Shown here one piece after another: positions 26,345 to 38,604 of a stretch of DNA of 50,157 nt. Below the pieces are notes generated by a model. The model was not told the DNA's origin. It saw only the letters and a program-made list of their open reading frames with translations, and made no database searches. The first letter of the stretch is position 1. Every line of letters begins with the position of its first letter. The position numbers were made by a program, and so were the translations under genes. Where the stretch lies: NCBI RefSeq assembly GCF_006345805.1, contig NW_021834305.1, positions 1 through 50,157 on the forward strand, given 5' to 3'. Source of the stretch: Octopus sinensis (Eukaryota).

Positions 26345-26540
26345 AAAGGCAACGAGCTGGCAGAGTCGCTACCACACCGGGCGAAATGCCTAGCAGCATT
26401 TCGTCCATCTTTACGTTCTGATTTAAAACTTTGCCGATGTCGACTAGATGAAATAGGCTCTAGATGAATACGGAAGTTGATGCGATAAACTTGTCCTCCA
26501 TCAAAATTTCAGTCCTTGTACTTACATTAGAAAGGATCAA
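26345..26540 (+). mobile_element. SINE family B, internally deleted
   Basis: Head AAGGCAACGAGCTGGCAGAGTCG. Confidence 0.7.
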
Positions 26541-27262
26541 TATCATCATCATCATCATCGTCATCGTCATCGTCATTGTCTTCGTCGTCGTCGTGTCGTC
26601 GACGTCATCATCATCATCATTATCATCGTCGTCACTATTGTTATCATCATCATCGCTCTTATTATCATCAGGTTGGCTTCTTGAATTCAGGAAATACTCA
26701 TGGGTAATTTTCCTTTTCTAGTTTTCTGCAGATTAGAAGATGATGGAAAAAGTTGTGGCGTTCATCCGTTTTCTAAAGGCGTTTTACCTACGTACTTGAA
26801 CTGAAAGAGCTACAAATAGCAATTTGAAATGTAAACAGAAACTAGTTTTTTTGATTCGCTTCGTTTAGAGTTTATCTCATTTTTCATGACATTCGCTAAT
26901 AGATAAGATAAGAGATAGGAAAATATTTATTTTACAAACAGGAAAACTAAAAAATAAAATAACTGTAAAAAAATATGTGGTATTTGTATATAAATCATTT
27001 GCCAAATTACAACGAGGAAACTGGAATGTTTCCATCTAGGAGGAGATACCGTTCCAATAACGAACTCTATAGCTGGCTTCTACAGTGAAAATTTTCTCCC
27101 ATCAAACATAGAGATTTGGCGTAGTTTCACGAAAACAAAGAAACATTATGTTTGCTAAGTAAGATATGAGCCATATATAAAGAGAAAAATTTTAAGAAGA
27201 GTTGTGCTTCTGTAAATGAGAGATGTTAACAGAAATGTAAACTTTTTTTTATTAAAATTTGA

Positions 27263-27305
<43 letters not shown>

Positions 27306-27330
27306 ATATCTATATCTATCTATCTATCTA

Positions 27331-27383
<53 letters not shown>

Positions 27384-27527
27384 TATACATGCATATCTAT
27401 CTATCTGTCTATCTGTATGTATGTATGTATGTACGTAATATCTATATATATATATATCTATATATATATATATATCTATATATATATATATTATATATAT
27501 ATATATATCTATATATATATATATATA

Positions 27528-27873
27528 TTTAACAATTAAGGATAACTTCTTAATAAGGAATTTTAACAAGAAATTATCAGGTAGTTAGCGTGAAAAACCC
27601 CATAAGAGAAAAGAATTCGAAAATAATTTTTTCCTTTTGAACATATTAATTATATTTATATTGTATAGAGGGCATTATTACACATAATTGCCTCACACTA
27701 AGAGGGACATAAGTCATTACTACCAAAATTACACTAATCATACCTAATGCAGTTCTTCAAAGCAAGACATTTGAAGAACTGCATTAGGTATGATTAGTGT
27801 AATTTTGGTAGTAATGACTTATGTCCCTCTTAGTGTGAGGCATTTATGTGTAATAATGCCCTCTATACAATAT
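27528..27873. repeat. 346-bp element with a 216-bp internal hairpin, copy 1
   Basis: Arms 27658-27761 and 27770-27873 (104 bp each, one mismatch) around an 8-nt loop GCAAGACA. Flanked by (TA)n. Confidence 0.95.
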
Positions 27874-28026
27874 ATATATATATACATATACATGCATATC
27901 TATCTATCTATCATCTATCTATCTATCTCTATCTATCTATCTATCATCTATCTATCTATCTTCTATCTATCTATCTATCTATATATATATATATAATATA
28001 TATATATATATCTATATATATATATA

Positions 28027-28372
28027 TTTAACAATTAAGGATAACTTCTTAATAAGGAATTTTAACAAGAAATTATCAGGTAGTTAGCGTGAAAAACCCC
28101 ATAAGAGAAAAGAATTCGAAAATAATTTTTTCCTTTTGAACATATTAATTATATTTATATTGTATAGAGGGCATTATTACACATAATTGCCTCACACTAA
28201 GAGGGACATAAGTCATTACTACCAAAATTACACTAATCATACCTAATGCAGTTCTTCAAAGCAAGACATTTGAAGAACTGCATTAGGTATGATTAGTGTA
28301 ATTTTGGTAGTAATGACTTATGTCCCTCTTAGTGTGAGGCATTTATGTGTAATAATGCCCTCTATACAATAT
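28027..28372. repeat. 346-bp hairpin element, copy 2
   Basis: Apparently identical to copy 1, offset by 499 bp. Confidence 0.95.
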
Positions 28373-29554
28373 ATATATATATATTATATATATATATATA
28401 TACATATACATGCATATCTATCTATCTGTCTATCTGTATGTATGTATGTATGTATGTATGTATGTACGTACGTATGTATGTATTTATGTATTTATGTATT
28501 TATGTATTTATGTATCTATGTATGTATGTGTGTATTTTTCGGAGGGTTTTTTTCCACTCTTTTAATCTCATTTCAGAGCTGAATTCTCTTAGGATTCAGC
28601 TTTATATTTCACTGGTCTAGGATCAATGTAAAACAAAATGGAATTACAGATATAATGATTGAGATTAAACCCGTCTGTACCTCACCTCTGCAACGAACAA
28701 ATTGGCTACGCGCCTAGAACAAAGGAAACGCACAAACAAGGAATGACATTAGATGACTAATGTATTTTACAAATTTATAAACAAATATAGGGGGAAGCTG
28801 TAATGGCAAGCACCTTGGTTATAAAAGTTACAGTACACATTGGTCATACAAGTATCACGTTTCGTTGATGACTAACAATGCATCTGTAACAGACGGTCAT
28901 CTCAACACAATGTTATTTTGTACAGCAGCATCGAATATATTAAAAGACAAACGAAAGAGCTGTATTTCATTGAATTTAGAAACAAATAAACGCGAAGACA
29001 AGAATGGACATACAAGATGTATTAATATGAAAAAACTATCAGGAAATTTAATAAAATTTTGATAATGCATCATAGAAATAAATCAATACTGAGGAAAGAA
29101 ACTCTACCTGGTCGCTCAAACCACTAAAAATAGCTGAAAATTTTCGTTCATTTTACTCACTATGTCATTTTAGGAAAATAAACGAACAAACTTGATATCG
29201 ATGTTTTTCATACACGAAAATGAACGAATATATATTAATTAAACAAAATTTGAAGTAAACCTTACACATAACGCTGTGTCTAAATTGTTAATTCATTTTC
29301 ATTGGTGGAATGATAGAGATTTGTACAGATATTGTTATGATAGCTCTAGTTTAAATTATTGAAAATTTTGTATCTTTTGTATCAATTGAATAAGGATGTG
29401 CGGAAGGATGTGCACACATATACACATCCTCAGAGACACACAGACATTTACTTGTATGAGTATGTGTGTGCATAGGAAGTTATGCATTATTTCTATCTTC
29501 GTGTGACATATAGGCATATCAATCAATCTATCTATCTATCTATATATATATATA

Positions 29555-29897
29555 TTTAACAATTAAGGATAACTTCTTAATAAGGAATTTTAACAAGAAA
29601 TTATCAGGTAGTTAGCGTGAAAAACCCCATAAGAGAAAAGAATTCGAAAATAATTTTTTCCTTTTGAACATATTAATTTATTTATATTGTATAGAGGGCA
29701 TTATTACACAAATTGCCTCACACTAAGAGGGACATAAGTCATTACTACCAAAATTACACTAATCATACCTAATGCAGTTCTTCAAAGCAAGACATTTGAA
29801 GAACTGCATTAGGTATGTTAGTGTAATTTTGGTAGTAATGACTTATGTCCCTCTTAGTGTGAGGCATTTATGTGTAATAATGCCCTCTATACAATAT
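29555..29897. repeat. 343-bp hairpin element, copy 3
   Basis: Same orientation; differs from copy 1 by three 1-nt deletions. Confidence 0.95.
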
Positions 29898-29899
29898 AT

Positions 29900-29961
<62 letters not shown>

Positions 29962-30678
29962 GATGGATGTATATATTGTTTGAAATATAAAATTTATAAT
30001 CATAAAAGCAACGAATAAACCAGAGTCGAAATTACACCCATTTAAATACACTTGTGTGTATGCATGCGTTTACAAAGATAGGAAGATGTATACACGCACA
30101 CACACACAAACATACACACACACACACACACACACATACGGGTACACACAAACGCAAGCACACATACACACACAAAACAAGTGGAAAATATATCATTCAT
30201 TCAGAAACACCAATGTCTAAACAATGATAAGTATAATACATCAAAATAAAAAAAATAAAGAAAAGCAAACAAATTCAAGGTTAATTAGAATACTACTTGA
30301 AAAGTATTTGGTTCCCCACTCACGGGTATCATTTGTACTTCTATTTACGAGACATATGAATAATTCGGGTGTCTTGGATATAATGTTTGGGTGGCTCTAT
30401 GACAGCTTCTTCTGACTGCGAAAATAATTGACTGGCTTTGTATTGACACCATGTCAAGTTCACGCTTGCGCGCGCGCATCGTTTGCTTTCTTACACAGAA
30501 ATAACTACACACACACACACACACATACAAACAAACACACAGAGTTGTATATTTATGATTACATCTATTCATACATAATGAATATATGAAAATGAACCCA
30601 GAAACATGTGAATAGGAAGCAAACTTCGGACCACACACTCAGGTCTTATCTATCTATCTGTCTATCTATCTATCTGTA

Positions 30679-30737
<59 letters not shown>

Positions 30738-30841
30738 AAATCTATCTATCTATCTATCTATCTACCTACCTACCTACCTACCTACCTATCTATCTATCTA
30801 TATACCTACCTATCTACCTACCTACCTACCTACCTACCTAC

Positions 30842-30889
<48 letters not shown>

Positions 30890-31085
30890 ATTATGTATAT
30901 TATGTATATGATGTGTGTGTATGTGTGTGTGTGTGTGCGCGTGTGTAAAGTTATGGTATATTCTGTAGAGAACGTAGTAGAGTACAGTGTAGAGCTTGTC
31001 CACCTTCAGATTTCACTTTGCAATCCAGTAGTAGGATCATACGTACTTCCAGGTTTGTGTTTGGGCATCTGTTGTGTGTGAATAG

Positions 31086-31616
31086 ATAATTGAAGAAACT
31101 GGGGTCAACAAAAAGAGGTTCGGTTAAACATTTATTTTTTAATCACTACTATTGTTTCGACGCAACCTAGTTCTCCAGGGTGCAGGTACTTGAGTATACA
31201 ACTGTTTCCATGCATTATGACATCTAGTTGTGTTTCCTCAGGCGATATGCATATATTGTTTCCGTAAGTTTAAAATCTTTGTACCAGAATCTTCATCCCA
31301 CTACATCTACGCATTCAAAGCAGTCTATTCACGGCCCTTTCTGCGACAAAACACCCTGATAAGCTAAGTGACTACTACTAAATTCAGGCCTAGACAGACA
31401 GAAAATATGTTCTTGAAGCCGAGGATTTTAAAGTTACAGAGTCAATGTTTACATATCACCTGAAGAAACAAAACTAGATCTCATAATGCATGGAATCAGT
31501 TGCGTAATCAAGTACCTGGACACCTGGAGAACTACGATGCATCGAAACAATTGTAGTGGTTAAAAAATAAGTGCCCCACTGTACCCCTTCTTGTTGACTC
31601 CAGCTTCTTCAATTAT
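31086..31616. repeat. Diverged inverted repeat (~190-bp arms, ~146-bp spacer)
   Basis: 31086-31277 is the reverse complement of 31424-31616 at roughly 75-80% identity by eye. Confidence 0.9.
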
Positions 31617-31657
31617 ACACACAGACGCAGACACAGAAACACACACACACCACATGC

Positions 31658-31689
<32 letters not shown>

Positions 31690-31749
31690 TATATGTATGT
31701 ATATATATGTGTGTGTGTAATATCTATATACATATATTGTATATATATA

Positions 31750-31786
<37 letters not shown>

Positions 31787-31814
31787 CATATACATACATA
31801 TATATATAATATAT

Positions 31815-31859
<45 letters not shown>

Positions 31860-32432
31860 TACATATATGAATATATGTATATGTGTCTTCCCCACGCCCC
31901 ACTGGTCCTTATCACATATTCATTCGTAGAATACGTTCGTTCGGAGTTTTCGTTAGAATTTATGAACTACCTTTAAATACCTACTAACACATTGCATATA
32001 TAAGCCCACCAACATTCGAGATTAAATTAAGCTGGTTAGACCAATTGGCATTATCGAACAATTCCTTGCCAGCGAAATTGAACATTAAATTAATGATGTG
32101 TTAGCAGTATTTCGTTTCATTGCCATAATGTACTCTCGCTCAAATCTAATACGTTTTTAGACAATTCATTGTTACAAAGATTGTAAATAATTCGTTTGTA
32201 TGCGGATAGAAAAAGAAAGGTCATTTGTACTCTTTACATTAATTTCTAATATCGCTTTTAAATTTTGGCACGAAGCCAACATGTTAGAGTGTAGGAAGTA
32301 AGTTGATTACATAGACCCCCGGTGTTGAGCTGGTATTGTTTTAATGATCTCAGAAGGAAAAAAGGTAAAGTCAAGCTGAAGCGGAATTTGAACCCAGAAC
32401 CTAACGACGGACGAAACGCTGCTCAGTATAAA

Positions 32433-32829
32433 TTGAACATGGGCGATCATTGTATTCTTTCTTGTCTTGAGGTTCACAGCCAAACAGCTGGGTGGATTCG
32501 CATGAAAAATGGCACCCATGTGAAAACATGTGCATAGATTGGAATGCAGTTTGTATTTTTTTCCTAGCCCCCATACTTACCGAGAAAATTGATTAAAACT
32601 TTTTCTAATAGAATTTCCCTCTTTCTTCTGCCATTAAAACCACCAGTTGCTTAGAAGCTGTTTTCTGACAGGGTGGGGTCAAGAAATGTTCATATAGCTG
32701 GAGGCTTCAATCGAAACAGGGGACCCGAAATGATAACGTTGACAAACGCTGTTATAGTTTATGCCTAACCGAAAATGATTACAGCCACATCATCCAAACA
32801 GACCGGGTGAAACCGGGCTTAGCTGCTAG
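32433..32829 (+). mobile_element. Possible non-autonomous Helitron remnant
   Basis: Ends with the small hairpin CCGG-GTGAAA-CCGG followed by CTAG|T (32826-32830). Its first ~130 bp recur inverted at 38740-38872. Confidence 0.4.
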
Positions 32830-32851
32830 TCTCTAATATAACTTATGTTAC

Positions 32852-33065
32852 TAAGGCGGCGAACTAGCTGAATCATTAACGGGACCGGCAAAATGTTTAT
32901 GGGCATTTCGTCTGTCTTTACATTGTGAATTCAAATTCCACCGAGGTCGACTTTGCCTTCCATTCGTTCGGGAGTCGATATTATAAGTAGCAATTGAACA
33001 CTGAGATCGATGCAATCGACTTACCCCCATCCCGAACTTGCTGGCCACGAGCCGAAATTTGGAAA
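32852..33065 (+). mobile_element. SINE family B
   Basis: Head AAGGCGGCGAACTAGCTGAATCATTA followed by the family B body. Confidence 0.8.
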
Positions 33066-33332
33066 ATTACTATTACTAAGATTATAAGCAATATGTTTCT
33101 GAATACTTAAAGGGAGTCCACTTCTGACGAGGATTCCAAAATGAGTCATAATTTATGTACATATTTAGGACTGAGGGTGATTTAGTTGCTACTTTCATCA
33201 GAACCAACAACCATGCATATATATATATTCAAGTAGGTGAATGAATTATCCTATGTTTATCGTCAGCATGGAAAATTCGAGAGTAAAGGAATTTTGTTAA
33301 CATCTTCGTTCGACTCCCTTCTTTCATTTATT

Positions 33333-33381
<49 letters not shown>

Positions 33382-33402
33382 ATATATTATATATATATAA
33401 AC

Positions 33403-33734
33403 ACAATTGCAGCGTGGAAGGTGTTTATAAGCCATTTAAGAAACACACAAAAGCCGTTCGATTCACTTCAACATTTAAGTTTAATTTGTCAAAATATTTT
33501 CGTCGCTAAAATCCGCGACCTGTTCACTGACAAAAATCCGTGCTGCACTGATTTTTGTCAGTGAACAGATCGCGGATTTTAGTGACGAATATATTTTGAC
33601 AAATTAAACTTAAATGTTGAAGTGAATCGAACGGCTTTTGTGTTTGTTTCTTAAATGGCTTATAAACACCTTCCACGCTGCAATTGTTTTCATTTCAGCA
33701 CACGATCTCAGAGCAATTATTTGCTATGCGAGTA

Positions 33735-33738
<4 letters not shown>
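33403..33738. mobile_element. Fold-back element: 285-bp near-perfect palindrome plus ~50 bp unpaired extension, Penelope-like pLTR candidate
   Basis: Arms 33403-33543 and 33545-33687 centred on GTGC-T-GCAC, with a few mismatches and one 2-nt indel. It lies between (TA)n and (TC)n(TA)n. The family assignment is inference. Confidence 0.7.
33485..33534 (-). ncRNA. Candidate minimal type-I hammerhead ribozyme with G3-C8 swapped core
   Basis: Minus strand reads TTTGTCA GTGAACA G GTCGC-GGATTTTA-GCGAC GAA A-ATAT-T T TGACAAA. This gives a 7-bp stem I, a 5-bp stem II, the GAA purines, and A15.1-U16.1 capped by palindromic ATAT. Activity is untested. Confidence 0.5.
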
Positions 33739-33828
<90 letters not shown>

Positions 33829-34907
33829 GTATGTATGTAATTATATGTATGTATATATATATATAATATATATGTATACATACATATATTTGAATATATA
33901 TATATGTGTGTGTGTGTGTGTATATATATATTTGTATGTATGCATATATACACACATAAAAATACGTGCACAAAAACACACACGCACACATGCAATAAAC
34001 ACCAGCACTCCTACACACAGGTCAATATTATTCCACGTGTGTTTTTAAGAATTGCAATCAGGTTGTGAACGGAGGGATGTCTGGTGCCCACCTCCAGGCT
34101 ACATCATATTTCAAATTACCATTAATACACTGTTTAATTCCACGGCACACTTACAAGCATAAGCGTTCCGGCCATGACCACTCCGTTCCATCGGGAGTAT
34201 CGGAAACTACGTTTGTTTAATGCATTCCAATCTCCACCTCACCAAAAACATTGAGGTGCGCTTTGACAAACGATTTTTGCTGGTATTTCTACATAAACCA
34301 TCCACCTAGCCCAACCAACCAACCAATCAACCACGTTGAAATAGCTGCCACATTCTATCAACCTTTCAAATAATTGGTCGTCTGATGTCTATCATTTATT
34401 CATTGATATCTTAATCGATCATGTTTACTCCATTGATTTATTCGCAACGTTTGCGGTTTGATGACAATTAGTGTGAAAGTAATGTTTTAAAGCGTTATCA
34501 AGGCTTCCCTTCACCTGAGTTGACCTTGAGTGCCAACGACCTATAATTCGCGTTCGCTTATTCGTTTATTCATATATTCGCTTATTCGTTTATTTAGTTA
34601 TTCATTTGTATTTCTCTATTCATTTCCAATCCGATAATTTTTGAGCCCACGCAACTCTATCTTTGACTCTTTTTTTTCCCCCGACTTAGTTATGTATATA
34701 TGAAAGTATATATGTAATATGAGTGTAAGAATGTATTTACGTATGTAAATTAAGTAAGTATATATGAGTGTATGTATGTATGTATGTATGTATGTATGTA
34801 TGCAGGCATGTATGTTTGTATGTACGTACGAATGTGTATGTATGTATGTATGTATGTATTGATATATTTTGCAGTTTTGTTTACCTGATTGTTTTGATAA
34901 AAATCAA

Positions 34908-34941
<34 letters not shown>

Positions 34942-35025
34942 ATATATATATATATATAATATATACATATCTATCTATCTATATATATATATATATACTT
35001 ACATACACACACACAGACACACACG

Positions 35026-35056
<31 letters not shown>

Positions 35057-35814
35057 GTGCGTGTGTGTCTGTGTGGTGTATGTATAGATATATAGATATA
35101 AGTACTACATACACGCACACACAGGCAACATACACACACGCACACACGGCATACATACACACACGCACACATACCATATATATCATACAAACATATCATT
35201 CGCAAGTAACAATGGAATAAACACTTCTAAGTTATTTGAAAAGCATACCAACTTTACTGATATCCTATAAATAACATCCACAAAAACAACAACAATAACA
35301 ACAACAACAACAACGACAACAACAAAAACAACAGCAACAACCACAACCAGAACAACAACAGTCACAACATAGACAAATCAAATACAGAATACAAAAATCG
35401 AAATTTTACAAAATAATATTTAAAAAAATGGAGAAAAAAAAAAGCACCAAACAAAAACAGGGGGAAAAAAATCACTGGGAAATTTCAATGAATCACGTTG
35501 TATGACCATTTTTCTATAGAACTCGAACATTCAACCAAATAGCAGACAATTCCGTCAGTGATATTGTCTGACACCATATCTGAAAAGGTGTCAAAATAAC
35601 GTTCCACTTCCATTAATATCATTTTCACTAATATACTTTCATTGATTAGTCAAATTCTAATAATACGCCAAGGTGATGGAGGGTTGGCTAATACATGATA
35701 ATGTGGTATCATCATCATCATCATCAGCAGCAGCAGAAGCATCGTCATCATCGGCATCATCATCTTCATCATCGTTGTCGTCGTCGTCATCTTTATTATT
35801 AATATTAATATAAG

Positions 35815-36225
35815 ACAGCGAGCAGACAGAATTGTTAGCGCACTAGACGAAATGCTTAGCGTTCTGAGTTCAAATTCCCCCGAGGTCGACTTTGCCTTTC
35901 ATCCTTTGGGGGTCAATAAATAAAGTACCAGTGAAACACTTGGGTCGATTTAATCGACCAACCCCTTCCCCCCTAAATTTCAGGCGTTGTGCCTGAAAGT
36001 AGAAAGGATTATTAATATTACTATTATTATTGAGTTCAAATTCGACTGAGCAAAATGTTTAGCGGCATTTCGCCTATCTTTACGTTCTGAGTTCAAATTC
36101 CGCCGGGGTCGACTTTGCCTTTCATCGTTTCGGGGTCTATAAAGTAAGCACTAATGAAATACTGGGGTCGATGTAATCGACTTAATCCCCTTTCCCAAGC
36201 TGCCCTTGCGGTAAAAAATTTGAAA
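35815..36225 (+). mobile_element. Two family B SINEs in tandem
   Basis: Two bodies at about 35815-36005 and 36050-36225. Confidence 0.8.
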
Positions 36226-36238
36226 TCATCCTTATTAA

Positions 36239-36273
<35 letters not shown>

Positions 36274-36289
36274 GTAGTAGTTAGTAGTA

Positions 36290-36374
36290 GACAGTTGCCC
36301 AAGGTGCCACGCAGTGGGACTGAACCCGAAACCATGAGGTTAGGAAGCAAGCTTCTTACCACACACCCACACCT
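36290..36374 (-). mobile_element. SINE family A, 5' fragment
   Basis: Contains TTGCCCAAGGTGCCACGCAGTGGGACTGAACCC. Confidence 0.75.
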
Positions 36375-37571
36375 TCACTTATTATTACTTTTCTTACTGG
36401 TAATCGCAATCTGTAAATAAATAAAAATGCACAAACAGATACTGGCATTAAAAAAATATAAATGAACATTAAATAATTATGGTAACGAAGGAATCTCTGC
36501 TATAACAGGATTATCTTTATATTTTTTTTTATTCATTTATTTATTTATTTATTTATTTATTTATTATTTATTTATCATTATACTTTACTATTTAGGTGTG
36601 GAACGACTTAGTCTATAAACCAGTATTTAATAATATGAAAATAGCAAAATATAATTAAAAGATATGGCAAATAATTTGCATTAATAGGATGTGAAATTCA
36701 TTGATTTTTTTTGTAGTAAAGACGAAAAAAAAAAAAGAAAAAACAGAAGACAGATTACAAATACAGATGTCAGCAAGAATTATTAATGGTAGCGATTCTT
36801 ATTAACCCGTTATAGAAACTATTTTGAATGCGTGGAAATAAGTAAATATGGGTTAGTAGATCATTCTGATTGAAATTGGATTTTATAAGAAAACGCTGAG
36901 TATTCACTTCAAATAAGAATCGAAACCGTATCGCGGTCAATGCAGGAAAGAAATAATACTCTATGTTATATTAAGGTTGCTTGTCTGGACAGTCATACAT
37001 TCATAAATGGTATGAAATTAAAGATACGGCCATGTGTTTGTATGTATGTATGTATGTATGTATGTATGTATGTATGTATGTATGTATGTATGTATGTATG
37101 TATGTATGTATGTATGTATGTGTCTATGTATGTATGTATGTATGTATGTATGTATGTATGTATGTATGTGTGTCTGTATGTATGTATGTGTGTATAGCAA
37201 TTCATTAAACTTAAGCTCCGACAGTCACGCCGTATGGACTAACAAACTTGACTCGCCTATCAATAATGAATACATATGTGTAAATGTATATATATATATG
37301 AATATAAATGTGTGTATATATATAGTAATAATAAATAAAATATGTGTATATATATATATAGTTATATATATATATATGTATGCTTAAATATATGTGTATA
37401 TTTATATGCATATATTATATATATATATATATACATTACATATATATACTTATATATATGTCTATATATACATACATATCTCTCTCCTCTCTCTATCTCT
37501 TTCTCTTTCTCTCTCGCTCTTTCTCTCCCCCTCTCTTTCTCTCCATATATGTATATATATGTATATAGATG

Positions 37572-37604
<33 letters not shown>

Positions 37605-38016
37605 TATATATATATTTATAAATATGCACACACACAAACGTATATTATACTCCAAATACCATGATATTTGTTGGCTGGATGCTTAATTTTTATCACTCTC
37701 AGTACATGTTTTGGAGACACGGCAAGCCAACAGTTGTTCTGTGTGTTCACCGTCTGTTGGTATTGGTGCTTCCGGCGTGAATGTCAAGCAGTAGAGCATG
37801 TCGTTTCCAAATTTCTGGCAGAGTGGCTTGCGTCATGGTGCTGTTTTTCTCAACTCATCCTACTATATGCTGCGTAGTCGACAAAATCAAAAACAATGGA
37901 CATTCACGAAATTAAAAATATAAAATGGCGAGAATTTGCCCATCGCACCCTGTACACACACACACACACACACACATATGTATGAATGCATGTGTATATA
38001 TATATATATATATATA

Positions 38017-38228
38017 TTCTTTTATTCTTTTACATGTTTCAGTCATTTTGACTGCGGCTATGCTGGAGTACCGCCTTTAGTCGAGCTAAGCGACCCCAGG
38101 ACTTATTCTTTGTAAGCCTAGTACTTATTCTATCGGTCCCATTTGCCGAACCGCTAAGTCACGGAGTCGTAAACACATCAGCATCGGTTGTCAAGCGATG
38201 TTGGGGGGTGGGGACAAACACAGGCACA
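38017..38228 (-). mobile_element. SINE family A, 3' half
   Basis: Matches the reverse complement of the family A 3' body and tail. Confidence 0.8.
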
Positions 38229-38424
38229 TAAGCGAAGCACTGGACACACCATCAAACCGTCTTCTTGTAAAACTGACTTTCCTTGTGGAATCATTAACTA
38301 GCAACAGATTACACGACGGTTTATCAGATAAAAGTTTAGGATGATTTACAGGTTTTGAACAGGAGTCTGTATTTATACACGCATGTACTCATATACACAA
38401 AACACACAACACATACACACACAC

Positions 38425-38476
<52 letters not shown>

Positions 38477-38604
38477 ATATATATATTAATATATATATAT
38501 ATATACAACATACATTATTTTTCTCTCCTTTTTTCTCTCCTTTTTTCTCCTTTTTTTCTCTCCTCTTTTTTCTCCTTTTTTCTCTCCCTGTTTTTTCTGT
38601 GTCC

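Noticed and set aside
27585-27640. Hammerhead-like arrangement CATAAGA-GAA..TTC-GAAA-ATAA-TT in the leader of the triplicated element
   Set aside because: The invariant U4 and G5 are absent and stem I does not pair in register.
38342-38349. Isolated TGATTTAC and TGATTTAT (48982) Exd-Hox-type sites
   Set aside because: Several such 8-mers are expected by chance at this base composition, and no partner motifs were noted.
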